Part shown: positions 27,978 through 37,227 of the stretch, one piece after another
Position numbering within the stretch: position 1 is the first letter of the stretch
How the letters are laid out: each line of letters begins with the position of its first letter
Source: Gemmatimonadales bacterium
GTDB taxonomy: Bacteria; Gemmatimonadota; Gemmatimonadetes; Gemmatimonadales; GWC2-71-9
Reading direction: 5' to 3'
Assembly (NCBI GenBank): GCA_038321865.1
Contig: JBBQFH010000022.1
Coordinates: 1-51,372, forward strand
DNA length: 51,372 bases
Notes under the pieces: model-generated
Database searches by the model: none
Seen by the model: only the letters and a program-made list of their open reading frames with translations
What the model was told of the DNA's origin: nothing
Translations under genes and position numbers: made by a program

Positions 27978-28670
27978 TCACCAACTCTCATCGCGTGCAA
28001 TCGGCGCTTTGGGCGCTCGTGGCAGCGTGGGGCCCGCAGCTCGTTCCGGCGGCGGTGGCGGCGCACGATTTCCGATCCCGTTGATCAGGGTGGAGAACAT
28101 CGCGGTCAGAAACGCGGCTGAGTCCTCCGGCGCGCCGGACATGCTGATCCGGGTGAGCGCTCCGCCGACCAGCGTATCTCCCACCAGCCGGGCAACGGCG
28201 GCGACGTCCACCGACCGGAACGCGCCCGCGGCCATCCCCAGTCTCAGCACGCCGCCCAGTTGCTGCTCCAGCCGCGTGCGGACTTCACGCGGGTAGCTGG
28301 TGACCGACTCGGGTGCCTCCGCCGCGCCGGTCAGGGTGGCCCGGAGGAGGACGGCCTGGGGTGTATCCGACAGAAACCCCCACCAGCGGTCGATCGTTTC
28401 CCTGAGCAGCCGCGCCGGATCCCGCTCAGCCACCGCCCAACCCGAGGGGAGCCGTTTTCGGCTCTCCTCCAGGACCGCCCCGAACAGCGCTTCCTTGTTG
28501 GGAAAGTACCGATAAACCGTCCCCACCGTAACACCCGCGCGGAGGGCGATTTCCTCGACCCGGGTGGCCCCGTAGCCGCTCTCGCCGAAGCAGGCGACGG
28601 CGGCTTCGAGCAGCTCGGCCGGGCGGGCGTCCCGTCGGCGCTGCCACCGGGGTGCTGAATCGGTACTCAT
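27978..28670 (-). CDS. TetR/AcrR family transcriptional regulator
   Basis: F...GY.AT.VEEIA.RAGVT.GTVYRYFPNKEALF HTH. Confidence 0.93.
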   Translation of the reverse strand: MSTDSAPRWQRRRDARPAELLEAAVACFGESGYGATRVEEIALRAGVTVGTVYRYFPNKEALFGAVLEESRKRLPSGWAVAERDPARLLRETIDRWWGFLSDTPQAVLLRATLTGAAEAPESVTSYPREVRTRLEQQLGGVLRLGMAAGAFRSVDVAAVARLVGDTLVGGALTRISMSGAPEDSAAFLTAMFSTLINGIGNRAPPPPPERAAGPTLPRAPKAPIARDESW

Positions 28671-28721
28671 TTGGGGAGGTTAGCGGGGAACGCAGGAGCC
28701 GGCAAGCGCGGTCCCGGACGC

Positions 28722-28761
28722 GACCGAGGCGAGAAGCCGGATGCGGCCTCTCGCCTCGGTC
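28722..28761. repeat. Intergenic inverted repeat / strong RNA hairpin
   Basis: GACCGAGGCGAGA (28722-28734) / TCTCGCCTCGGTC (28749-28761); extends to 18 bp with one G-U pair on the minus strand; no U-tract. Confidence 0.8.
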
Positions 28762-28781
28762 CTTCGGAGCCTCCGCCGCGG

Positions 28782-29684
28782 CTACTCGGCGAGCCGCCCG
28801 GTCACGGTGTCCCGCCGGTGGTTGCGCATGACCTCGATCCGGAAGCTCTCGCGGTTGTCGTAGCTCTGCAGTATGCGCATGAGGTGCGAGGGACCGGTCG
28901 GCTTCCGGCCGTCCACGCTCAGCACGACGTCGCCGCCCTTCAGGCCGAGCTTCGAATCCCTGGGGGCGCTGATCACCAGCACGCCATCGGTCGCACCGAA
29001 ATAGCTTCCCAGGTCGGCATTGAGCGGTGCGAGCTCCAGGCTGCCGAGCCGTGAGTTCATGACGGCGTCCAGGCGAGTCTCCATTAACGGCAGCATCCGC
29101 TCCAACTCGAGTTGGCCGGCAATCTTCGGCGCCGAGCGATACATCACGAAGTCGCTGTCGCGTTTCCACATCTGGCCCGGAGCAATTCGGTTGAAGCCGT
29201 ACCCGGCCGCGTCATCGAGGGTGATGACCCGGACGGTGCGGCGATCCTTGCCGCGACGCAGCTCGACCGCCACCGTATCGTTCGGCCGCAGCTTGGCGGC
29301 GAGTTCGATGAGGCGCAGTCCGGGCAGCGACTGGCCATCGCGCGCCGGGCTCTCGCGTGAGACGGCCGCCATCAGCGACTGGCCGTCGAGGCGGGTGATC
29401 ACGTCGCCGGTCCGGATGCCGGCCTTGGCTGCCGGTCCGCCGGGCGTGACGCTCATGATCCGCGCGCCGATCGAATCCGACTCGTTGGGAGTGAGGTCGA
29501 CGCTGACCCCCAGCCGGGGCCGGCTGCCGACGATATACATGAAGCTGTCCGCCTGGAACGTCATCCGCGGGAGCGCCATCTCGATGCGCTGCCGGCGCGC
29601 TTGGGAGCCGGGTTCCTGCTGCGCGACCAGCGGCGTTGCAGCCACCCACAGGGCCACGGCCGGAATCATCCACTGCACCTTCAT
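28782..29684 (-). CDS. Exported protein with two PDZ domains and no protease domain
   Basis: Signal peptide (…ATPLVA-Q); PRLGVSV..GPAAKAGIRTGDVITRLDG and LGLKGGDVVLSVDG. Confidence 0.85.
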   Translation of the reverse strand: MKVQWMIPAVALWVAATPLVAQQEPGSQARRQRIEMALPRMTFQADSFMYIVGSRPRLGVSVDLTPNESDSIGARIMSVTPGGPAAKAGIRTGDVITRLDGQSLMAAVSRESPARDGQSLPGLRLIELAAKLRPNDTVAVELRRGKDRRTVRVITLDDAAGYGFNRIAPGQMWKRDSDFVMYRSAPKIAGQLELERMLPLMETRLDAVMNSRLGSLELAPLNADLGSYFGATDGVLVISAPRDSKLGLKGGDVVLSVDGRKPTGPSHLMRILQSYDNRESFRIEVMRNHRRDTVTGRLAE

Positions 29685-29700
29685 CGATTCTCCTCGGGGC

Positions 29701-30315
29701 TCAGAGCCCCACGTTGCTGGCACGAGTGACGTGCACGTCCACCAGAGCGTCGAGCAGACCCACCCGCTCGCGCCACAACTGAAGCACCTGTTCCTGCTGC
29801 ACCGGCTCAACCTCCCGCATCTGGCGGAGCTGGGCGTCCTGGAGCTGCCGGTCGAGCGCCCCGATGCGGTCCTCGAGCTCCTGGGAGAACCGCGCCGTGC
29901 GGCCGTCCAGCACCCGGGCGTCGGGGTTGTACTGGTTCAGCGCGCTCTCGAGCACCTGCGAGCGCTGGCGCACCGCCTCGATTTGCGCCGCGGCGTCGGC
30001 TTCCGGTGGCCGGGCGATGTCCCGGACCACGACCGTGAGGGCGATGGACGCCGCGGCCAGCAGGCCCGCCATCGCGGTCCAGCGCGACCGCCGGTGCCGT
30101 GCGTCCCCCTGCCGCCGCGCCTCGATCGCGGGCCAGCGATCTCGCGCCGGGCGGAGCGCCGGGAGCGCCCTGAGGCGGGCCACCCGCTGGTGCAGGCGCT
30201 CCAGCTCCGTGCGGCAGGTGACACACTGTTCCAGGTGCTGCCGGGCGGATCTATCACCCGGCTCCAATCCCGGTTCCCTCAGCGCGAGCAGCGCCTCGAT
30301 CGTCAGATGGCTCAT
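29701..30315 (-). CDS. Zinc-binding (ZAS-type) membrane anti-sigma factor
   Basis: N-terminal His plus HLEQCVTC (HxxxCxxC); one TM helix; periplasmic coiled-coil-like region; ATGA-coupled to the sigma gene. Confidence 0.8.
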   Translation of the reverse strand: MSHLTIEALLALREPGLEPGDRSARQHLEQCVTCRTELERLHQRVARLRALPALRPARDRWPAIEARRQGDARHRRSRWTAMAGLLAAASIALTVVVRDIARPPEADAAAQIEAVRQRSQVLESALNQYNPDARVLDGRTARFSQELEDRIGALDRQLQDAQLRQMREVEPVQQEQVLQLWRERVGLLDALVDVHVTRASNVGL

Positions 30316-30872
30316 GCCTCAACCTCCTCACCCAGCCAGCGCCGGAGCCTGGTGTGCGCGCGGGCCAATTGCGACTTCGAGAAGCTCACCGTCTTCCCCA
30401 TCATCTCCGCGATCTCGTCATGCGTGTATCCCTCGACGTCGTGCAGCCAGACCACGGCCCGCGACGTCTCGCCCAGGCGCTCGAGCGCCGCCTCGAGGTC
30501 CATCCGGAGGGCGGTATCCTCCCGGCGAGAGGGGACGAACTGGTCGTCAAGCTCGTCGGTATCGCGGTACTTGTTCCGCCGGAGGCGCATCAGCGCCTTG
30601 CTCGCCGCGATTGTCCTGATCCAGCCCCACAGGCTTCCCTCGCCCCGGTACCGCCCGATGCTCCGGCACACCTCGAAAAAGGTCTCCTGCATTACGTCTT
30701 CCGCGTCCTCCGCGGTCCGGCAGATGCGCCGTGCCAGACTGTACACCGGACTCTCGAAAGCGCGGAACAGCTGCTCGAGTGCCGCCGGATCCCCCCGCCG
30801 CGCCTGGGCGAGGACGGCATCGGCGTTCGCCACGAAGTACGAATCCATGGACAGGGTCCGGGAGAGGGTCAT
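30312..30872 (-). CDS. ECF-type sigma-70 factor
   Basis: DAEDVMQETF, WGWIRTIA, VVWLHDVEGYTHDEIAEMMGKTVSFSKSQLARA. Confidence 0.93.
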   Translation of the reverse strand: MTLSRTLSMDSYFVANADAVLAQARRGDPAALEQLFRAFESPVYSLARRICRTAEDAEDVMQETFFEVCRSIGRYRGEGSLWGWIRTIAASKALMRLRRNKYRDTDELDDQFVPSRREDTALRMDLEAALERLGETSRAVVWLHDVEGYTHDEIAEMMGKTVSFSKSQLARAHTRLRRWLGEEVEA

Positions 30873-30884
30873 GGTACCGGTAAG

Positions 30885-30911
30885 GATGCCGACGAGGCCG
30901 GAAGGGTCGCA
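30885..30911 (-). promoter_or_regulatory. Putative autoregulatory ECF promoter
   Basis: Minus strand TGCGAC - 16 nt - GCATC, 12 nt upstream of the sigma ATG. Confidence 0.4.
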
Positions 30912-30947
30912 GCGCGGTCGCGGCTGTGCCCCGGTCTATATTGAGCG

Positions 30948-32078
30948 ATGCCCGAAACCGAGACACCCCCCGATCTGAACATCTGGCTGCACCATCTGGC
31001 CGACGAGGCCGATGCGGCCTTTCTATACGCGGAACTGGCCAAAACGGAGTCGGATCCCAAGAAATCCAGGCTGTACGCCCAGCTGGCCCACGTGGAGGAA
31101 CGTCACGTGGAAATGTGGCAGAAGCTGCTCCGCGCGCAGGGCCATGCGGCGACGGTGCCGCCGCCGTCCTTCGGTGCCAGGTCCCGCGCCTGGGTGGCCC
31201 GCCGGCTCGGCAGCAGGGTGCTGCTGCCGATGCTGCTCGAGGAAGAGGGCCGCGAGGTCAAGGGGTACCTGAATCTGTACCGCGAAGGCCCCGACTCCGC
31301 CAGCGGCCCGACTGCGCTCCGGCTCGCCAAGGAATCGAAGGAACACGCGGAAACGCTGGCGCGGATGGGTGGCGGATCCAGCGAGCCCTGGCACAAGACC
31401 GGCGCGGGTGGGTTCCTCCGCAACGTGGTGTACGGCTTCAACGACGGGCTGACGGCCAACTTCGGACTGGTGGCCGGCATGATCGGCGCCCAGGTGAGCC
31501 TCAACTCGGCCAGTCACGCGGTGATCGTCGCGGGGCTCGCCGGCGCGGTGGCCGACGCCCTGTCCATGGGGGCATCCGGGTACCTCGCGGCCAAGAGCGA
31601 GCGGGAGGTGTTCGAGCACGAGATCGCGATGGAGCGGGAGGAGATCCGCCTCATGCCCGAGATCGAGCGTGAGGAGCTCAGCCTCATCTATCAGGCCAAG
31701 GGCATTCCGGAGGCACAGGCCGAAGTGCTCGCCACCCAGGTGATGGCCGACCCCGAGCGCGCGCTGGGCGAGAAGGTCCGTGAGGAACTGAAGATTGGCG
31801 AAGCGACGAGCACCCCGCTGCGCGAGGCCTGGATCACCGGCACCGCCACGGCGCTCGGCGCATTCATTCCCGTGGCGCCGTTTCTGTTCAGCCAGGGGCG
31901 GTGGGCCATCTGGACGTCGTTCGCCGTCGCGATGCTGTCGCATTTCGCCGTCGGGGCCGCGCGCAGCTTCTTCACCGGCCGCGGGATCTTCCGCAGCGGG
32001 CTCGACATGTTCGTCGTCGGGCTGGGCGTCGCGGTGGTGGGATATTTCGTGGGTGAATGGATCACCCGCATCCTCTGA
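30948..32078 (+). CDS. Rubrerythrin/ferritin-like domain fused to a VIT1/CCC1 iron/manganese transporter
   Basis: N-terminal ExxH motifs (EERH, ESKEH); VYGFNDGL, AGAVADALSMGASGYLAAKSE; multiple TMs. Confidence 0.9.
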   Translation: MPETETPPDLNIWLHHLADEADAAFLYAELAKTESDPKKSRLYAQLAHVEERHVEMWQKLLRAQGHAATVPPPSFGARSRAWVARRLGSRVLLPMLLEEEGREVKGYLNLYREGPDSASGPTALRLAKESKEHAETLARMGGGSSEPWHKTGAGGFLRNVVYGFNDGLTANFGLVAGMIGAQVSLNSASHAVIVAGLAGAVADALSMGASGYLAAKSEREVFEHEIAMEREEIRLMPEIEREELSLIYQAKGIPEAQAEVLATQVMADPERALGEKVREELKIGEATSTPLREAWITGTATALGAFIPVAPFLFSQGRWAIWTSFAVAMLSHFAVGAARSFFTGRGIFRSGLDMFVVGLGVAVVGYFVGEWITRIL

Positions 32079-32093
32079 CGGCCCGCGCCCGCC

Positions 32094-34487
32094 CTATCCG
32101 ACGACCAGGTTCAGCAGGCGGTTGGACACGTAAATCCGCTTCCGCACTTCCTTGCCCGCGACGAACCGGAGCGTCGTTTCGTCCGCCATGGCCGCGGCCG
32201 CGACATCCGCCTCGACGGAGTCGCGCGGCACGGTGACCGTCGAACGGGTCTTCCCGTTCACCTGCACGGCGACCTCGACCTCCTCCTCCACCACCAGGCG
32301 CTCATCCCACTCCGGCCAGAGCTCGTCGAAGACCGAGGTCCGGTGGCCCAGCCGCTCCCAGCATTCCTCGGCGAAGTGCGGAGCGAACGGCGCCAGCATC
32401 ACGACCAGGTCGGCCACGACCGCTCGCTCCGAGCAGCGCTCCTCCCGCAGCAGGTTCACCAGCTCCATGTACGCTGCGATGGCCGAGTTGTAGCGCAGGC
32501 CTTCGACGGCCTCGGTCGCGCGCTTGACGGTCTGGTGCCACTTGATGACGATCGCCCGGCGGATCTCGCCCCCGCACATGTCGTCACGCACGCACTCGCC
32601 CACCAGCGTCCAGACCTTGTCGAGAAAACGCCGGGGCCCGCTGATGCCTTCGTCGCGGAAGTCCCCCCCTTCCTGGAACGGGCCCAGGAACATCAGGTAC
32701 ATCCGGAAGGTGTCGGCGCCCCAGCGCGCGATGTACTCATCGGGCACGACGACGTTGCCGCGCGACTTGGACATCTTCGCGCCATCCTTGACGATCAGGC
32801 CGTGGGCCCGGAAGCGGGCAAACGGCTCGTCGAACTGCACCTGCCCGATGTCGTGCAGGACCATCGCGATGAATCGCGAGTAGAGGAGGTGCAGCACGGC
32901 GTGCTCGTTGCCGCCGATGTAGGTCGTGACCGGACACCAGCGCCGCGTGCGATCGGCGTCGAACGGACGGTCGTCGAATTCGGTGCTGGGGTAGCGCAGG
33001 TAGTACCACGCCGAGTCGAGGAAGGTGTCGGAGACGTCCGTCTCGCGGCGGGCGCGCTTGCCGCACACCGGGCACGGCACGTAATACCACTCCTCGTGGC
33101 GGGCGAGCGGCGATATGCCGCTGTCGTCCGGCCGGAAGTCCTCGATCGGCGGCAGGATCACGGGGAGGTCGGCTTCCGGCACCGGCACCACGCCGTGGTC
33201 GTCGCAGTAGATCATCGGAATCGGCGGACCCCAGTACCGCTGCCGCGAGATGCACCAGTCGTGCAGCTTGTACTGCACGACCCCGGTGCCCGCGCCACTT
33301 TGCTCCAGCCAGCGGATGACGGCGGTCTTCGCCGCGTCCACGGTGAGGCCGGAGAAGCGGTCCGAGTCGATGACGATGCCGTTGTCGTCCACCACCGGCA
33401 CGATGGACAGGCCGTAACGCTCGGCGAACTCGCGGTCACGCTCGTCGTGGGCGGGCACCGCCATGATGGCGCCGGTGCCGTAATCCATGAGGACATAGTC
33501 GGCGATCCAGACCGGGATCATGCGGCCGGTCGCCGGGTTCTTGGCGAAGGAGCCGGTGAAGACGCCGGTCTTCTCGCGCTCGCCGACCCGCCGGGACACG
33601 ACGTCCCGCGCGGACGCCACCGCGCGATAGGCCTGTACCGCCTCGCGCTGCGCCGTGCTGGTGAGGTCCCCCACCAGCGGGTGCTCCGGCGCGAGTACCA
33701 TGAAAGTGGCGCCGTAAAGCGTGTCCGGCCGGGTGGTGAACACCCGGATGACCCGATTGTGCTCGACCGCGAAGTCGATTTCGGCACCCTCCGAGCGGCC
33801 CAGCCAGTTGCGCTGTGCCGTGCTCGTGGTCTCCGACCAGTCGAGCTTGGTGCGATCGTCGAGGTTGGCCAGGAGGCGGTCGGCATACTCGCTGATCCGG
33901 AAGAACCACTGCTCCAGCGTCCGCTGCTCGACCCGCGTCTCCGGATGCCGCTCGCAGAAACCGTTGATCACCTGCTCGTTGGCGAGGACGGTCTTGCATT
34001 CGGGACACCAGTTCACCGCGGCGAAGCGCTTGTAGGCCTTCCCCGCCTTGAAGAGCTGGAGGAACAGCCACTGCGTCCAGCGATAATAGGCCGGATCGGT
34101 CGTCGAGAGCTCGTGCCGCCAGTCGAACATGCCGCCGATCTGCTTCAGCTGCCGGCGGAAATTCTCGATGTTGGCCGGGATCAACCGGGCAGGATGGGTG
34201 CCGACCTTGATCGCGAAGTTTTCGCTGTGGATGCCGAAGGCGTCGAAGCCGATGGGCTCGAAGACCTGGTAGCCCTGCAGCCGCTTGAACCGGCCGTACA
34301 CGTCGCTGCCCGTGAACGCGAACATGTTCCCCACGTGCAGCCCTTCGGCCGACGGATAGGGGAACATCATGAGATTGTAGAATGGCCGCTCGGCATGGTC
34401 GAGGTCAGGCTCGTTGGTGCCCTGCTCAGCCCAGCGCGCCTGCCATTTCGCCTCGACGACGTCGGGCTGATAGATCTCGTCGCTCAC
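32094..34487 (-). CDS. leuS: Leucine--tRNA ligase
   Basis: MFPYPS..GLHVGN (HIGH-like), editing domain FTTRPDT / GTGAIMAVPAHD.RD, DWCISRQRYWG, KMSKS, VQVNGK.R; GTG start with GAGGGG RBS. Confidence 0.97.
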   Translation of the reverse strand: MSDEIYQPDVVEAKWQARWAEQGTNEPDLDHAERPFYNLMMFPYPSAEGLHVGNMFAFTGSDVYGRFKRLQGYQVFEPIGFDAFGIHSENFAIKVGTHPARLIPANIENFRRQLKQIGGMFDWRHELSTTDPAYYRWTQWLFLQLFKAGKAYKRFAAVNWCPECKTVLANEQVINGFCERHPETRVEQRTLEQWFFRISEYADRLLANLDDRTKLDWSETTSTAQRNWLGRSEGAEIDFAVEHNRVIRVFTTRPDTLYGATFMVLAPEHPLVGDLTSTAQREAVQAYRAVASARDVVSRRVGEREKTGVFTGSFAKNPATGRMIPVWIADYVLMDYGTGAIMAVPAHDERDREFAERYGLSIVPVVDDNGIVIDSDRFSGLTVDAAKTAVIRWLEQSGAGTGVVQYKLHDWCISRQRYWGPPIPMIYCDDHGVVPVPEADLPVILPPIEDFRPDDSGISPLARHEEWYYVPCPVCGKRARRETDVSDTFLDSAWYYLRYPSTEFDDRPFDADRTRRWCPVTTYIGGNEHAVLHLLYSRFIAMVLHDIGQVQFDEPFARFRAHGLIVKDGAKMSKSRGNVVVPDEYIARWGADTFRMYLMFLGPFQEGGDFRDEGISGPRRFLDKVWTLVGECVRDDMCGGEIRRAIVIKWHQTVKRATEAVEGLRYNSAIAAYMELVNLLREERCSERAVVADLVVMLAPFAPHFAEECWERLGHRTSVFDELWPEWDERLVVEEEVEVAVQVNGKTRSTVTVPRDSVEADVAAAAMADETTLRFVAGKEVRKRIYVSNRLLNLVVG

Positions 34488-34657
34488 ATCCCCCTCACTT
34501 CGATGGCCAGCGTGAATCGGGAATCTAATGACCCATGGCATCGTCCTTGATAGTAGACGGGCGCGGCACCCCGTGCGCCGCCTGAGGGCCACCGGCTGGA
34601 CATGGCCTAACTGACTTCATTCGCTGCACTTACGAGGACTCATGCCGACGTCGACCC

Positions 34658-35950
34658 ATGGCCACTGACCTGCGCCATCTCACCCGCGCCTTGCACCGCA
34701 TCGGCGCGCTTGCGGTGCTCGGCCTCGGCGCGGGCGTCGGAGCCGTCGTCTGGTACGTGCTCACGCGGATGCCGGCGGGAACCTCGACGAGCACGGCGAC
34801 GCTCACCGCCGTGCTGCTCTTCCTCGTGCTCGGGCTCAGCGTGGAGCTCGCCGCGGTGGCCTGGCTGACCCGGCAGATCGTGGCGCCCTTGATCGCCGCG
34901 GAAGCGGTCGCGTCCCGGGTTGCGCGGGGGGACCTGACCCTGCCGGACGAAAATCTCCACCGGTCGGCGCACGGCGGCCAGCTCGTGGCGTCGGTGACCA
35001 CCATGGTGCAGGCGCTCCGGAGCCTCACCGGTGCGATCCAGAGCGCTGCGGGTGACGCCGCCGCGATGGCGGAAGAGATCGCCGCGTCCACCGAGCAGAT
35101 GACGGCGTCCACCCAGGAAGTCGCGAGCACCACCGGCGACCTGACCGAGCGGGCGGCACAGCAGGCCGTGATCGTCCGGGGCGCGGCGGATGACGCCGGG
35201 AAGATCCTGGAAATCGCGGAGGCCCTCGCCGCCGGGGCGGTGCAGGCCGCCGACCGGAACGCCGCCCTGGCCCGCCTGGCGCGTTCGCACAAGGAACGGC
35301 TCGACACCAGCACGGCTGAGCTTGCGCGGCTCACCGAGGAAGTGGAGCGCGGCGCGGAGGAAGCGGAAGCACTGGCCGCCTCATCCACCGAAATCGAGAA
35401 ATTCATCAGTCAGACCAAGGCGATCGCCAAGCAGACCCACATGCTCGCGCTCAATGCCTCGATCGAGGCGGCGCGGGCGGGCGAGGAAGGGCGCGGCTTC
35501 AGCGTCGTGGCGGAAGAGGTGCGGAAGCTGGCGAACCAGGCGGCCGGCGCGGCGACCAGCACCAGCCACACCGTGCAGGAGGTCCTCGCCCGGGTCCATA
35601 CCGCGCGCGAGCGGCTGCTCCGGCTCGGTCACGGCGGCATGGTCGCACGCGACGCCGCGCATGCCGCTGCGGAAGGGCTGATGCGAGTGGCGTCCGACGC
35701 CGACGAGAACGATCAATGGACCCGCCGCATCTCGGCCTCGGCCGGCGAGGTGCGCGGACTCATCGAGGGGATCGCCGGCCGGATGAAGGAAGTGTCGGCC
35801 GGCACCGAGGACTATGCCGCGGCCGCCGAGGAGATCGCGGCGGCGGCGGAGGAGCTCAACGCCTCGACCAGCGAGATCTCGTCGTCCGCCGGCCACCTCG
35901 CCCATGCCGCGGAATCACTGACGTCGGCGGTGGGAGGGTTCCACCTGTAG
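34658..35950 (+). CDS. Methyl-accepting chemotaxis protein
   Basis: Two N-terminal TMs, HAMP-like region (P..VARGDL), hairpin [37 protein letters not shown]. Confidence 0.92.
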   Translation: MATDLRHLTRALHRIGALAVLGLGAGVGAVVWYVLTRMPAGTSTSTATLTAVLLFLVLGLSVELAAVAWLTRQIVAPLIAAEAVASRVARGDLTLPDENLHRSAHGGQLVASVTTMVQALRSLTGAIQSAAGDAAAMAEEIAASTEQMTASTQEVASTTGDLTERAAQQAVIVRGAADDAGKILEIAEALAAGAVQAADRNAALARLARSHKERLDTSTAELARLTEEVERGAEEAEALAASSTEIEKFISQTKAIAKQTHMLALNASIEAARAGEEGRGFSVVAEEVRKLANQAAGAATSTSHTVQEVLARVHTARERLLRLGHGGMVARDAAHAAAEGLMRVASDADENDQWTRRISASAGEVRGLIEGIAGRMKEVSAGTEDYAAAAEEIAAAAEELNASTSEISSSAGHLAHAAESLTSAVGGFHL

Positions 35951-35954
35951 CGCA

Positions 35955-35970
35955 GGTGATCGCGGTCACC
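35955..35970. promoter_or_regulatory. CRP-like palindrome upstream of the M48 protease gene
   Basis: GGTGA-N6-TCACC; TATATCTT lies 22 nt downstream. Confidence 0.35.
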
Positions 35971-36026
35971 GCTGGTTCACGGCCGTTCCCGGTATATCTT
36001 GGCTCTACTCTGACCGGGAGCATTCC

Positions 36027-36833
36027 GTGGGCCGAGGCCGATTGCTGATAGGCGTCGTCGTCGCATTGATCGCGCTGCTCGGGTATTTCGGGAACAGCGT
36101 CATCAACCCGGTGACCCAGGAGAAGCAGCATGTGGGCGGCGTGACCCCCGACCAGGAGATCGCCATGGGTCTCCAGGCCGCGCCGGAAATGGCCCAGCAG
36201 TTCGGCGGCGAGGACCCCGATCCCCGGATCCAGGCGCTGGCCGACAAGGTCGGTGAGCGAATCGTATCGCGTACCGCCGCGGGCACCACCCCCTACAAAT
36301 TCGATTTCCACGTGCTCACCGATCCCGAGACGATCAACGCCTTCGCCCTGCCGGGCGGCCAGGTGTTCATCACCGACGGGCTGCTCAAGAAGCTCGAGAC
36401 CGAAGGCGAGCTGGCCGGCGTGCTGGCGCACGAGATCGGGCACGTCGTGGCGCGCCACAGCGCGGAACAGATCGCCAAGTCGCAGCTCACGCAGGGGCTG
36501 ACCGGCGCCGCGGTGCTGGCCACCTACAACCCCAACGATCCCAACAGCCGCGGCTCGGCCGGCGTGGCGATGATGATCGGGCAGCTGGTCGGGATGAAGT
36601 TCGGGCGCAACGATGAGCTCGAGGCCGACAAGCTCGGCGTGCGGTTCATGAGCGAGGCCGGGTACGACCCGCGCTCGATGGAATCCCTGATGAAAGTGCT
36701 GGAGGCGAGCGGAGGGAGCCGCCAGCCCGAGTTCTTCAGTACCCACCCCAATCCGGAAAACCGGATCGTCAAGATTCGTGAGGCGATCCAGGAGAAGTTT
36801 CCGAGCGGGGTGCCCGACGGGCTGGAGAAGTAA
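36027..36833 (+). CDS. M48 family zinc metalloprotease
   Basis: INAFALPGG, LAHEIGH, ELEADKLG, GYDP, STHP. Confidence 0.93.
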   Translation: MGRGRLLIGVVVALIALLGYFGNSVINPVTQEKQHVGGVTPDQEIAMGLQAAPEMAQQFGGEDPDPRIQALADKVGERIVSRTAAGTTPYKFDFHVLTDPETINAFALPGGQVFITDGLLKKLETEGELAGVLAHEIGHVVARHSAEQIAKSQLTQGLTGAAVLATYNPNDPNSRGSAGVAMMIGQLVGMKFGRNDELEADKLGVRFMSEAGYDPRSMESLMKVLEASGGSRQPEFFSTHPNPENRIVKIREAIQEKFPSGVPDGLEK

Positions 36834-37227
36834 CTCCGCAGTGATCCCCGCAACCGAGCACGTGGCGGTTGCGGGCGAAGCCACGGTACAGGCGGTCGGC
36901 AATCCCACCCGCAAACGGCAGGCGGAAAACCCATCCCGCCAACCATCCCTTCGGCAGCAGCTCGAGCAGCCGCTCGACGGCCTCGGCGCCGGCCCAGGTC
37001 CGGCCGCCGGGACCGACGAGCTGCATGGCGTCCGCGTAGGCGCCGGCCGGTATCCAGGGAAACCGGCCGCCCGCGAGCGCGTCAGCTGAGGTCATGGGGG
37101 CGATCGAACGCCCGCCGTCCCAGCGCTCGACCATTCCCACCAACCGGGTACAGACCCCGCACGTGCCGTCATAGACCAGCGTGTGGGTCGGACCGGCCGT
37201 GCCGCGGTCAGCCACGCGAAGTGTCAC
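36769..37227 (-). CDS. DCC-family (DUF393) thiol-disulfide oxidoreductase-like protein
   Basis: LVYDGTCGVC (DxxCxxC), Y..FARNR; GTGA overlap with the upstream gene. Confidence 0.82.
   Translation of the reverse strand: MTLRVADRGTAGPTHTLVYDGTCGVCTRLVGMVERWDGGRSIAPMTSADALAGGRFPWIPAGAYADAMQLVGPGGRTWAGAEAVERLLELLPKGWLAGWVFRLPFAGGIADRLYRGFARNRHVLGCGDHCGVTSPARRAPRSETSPGSPHES

Noticed and set aside
29020..30978. 652-aa plus-strand ORF
   Set aside because: Shadow of the PDZ/anti-sigma/sigma operon; Ser/Arg-rich and motif-free.
32343..34550. 735-aa plus-strand ORF
   Set aside because: Antisense shadow of leuS; long stop-free opposite frames are expected in high-GC coding DNA and it has no protein motifs.
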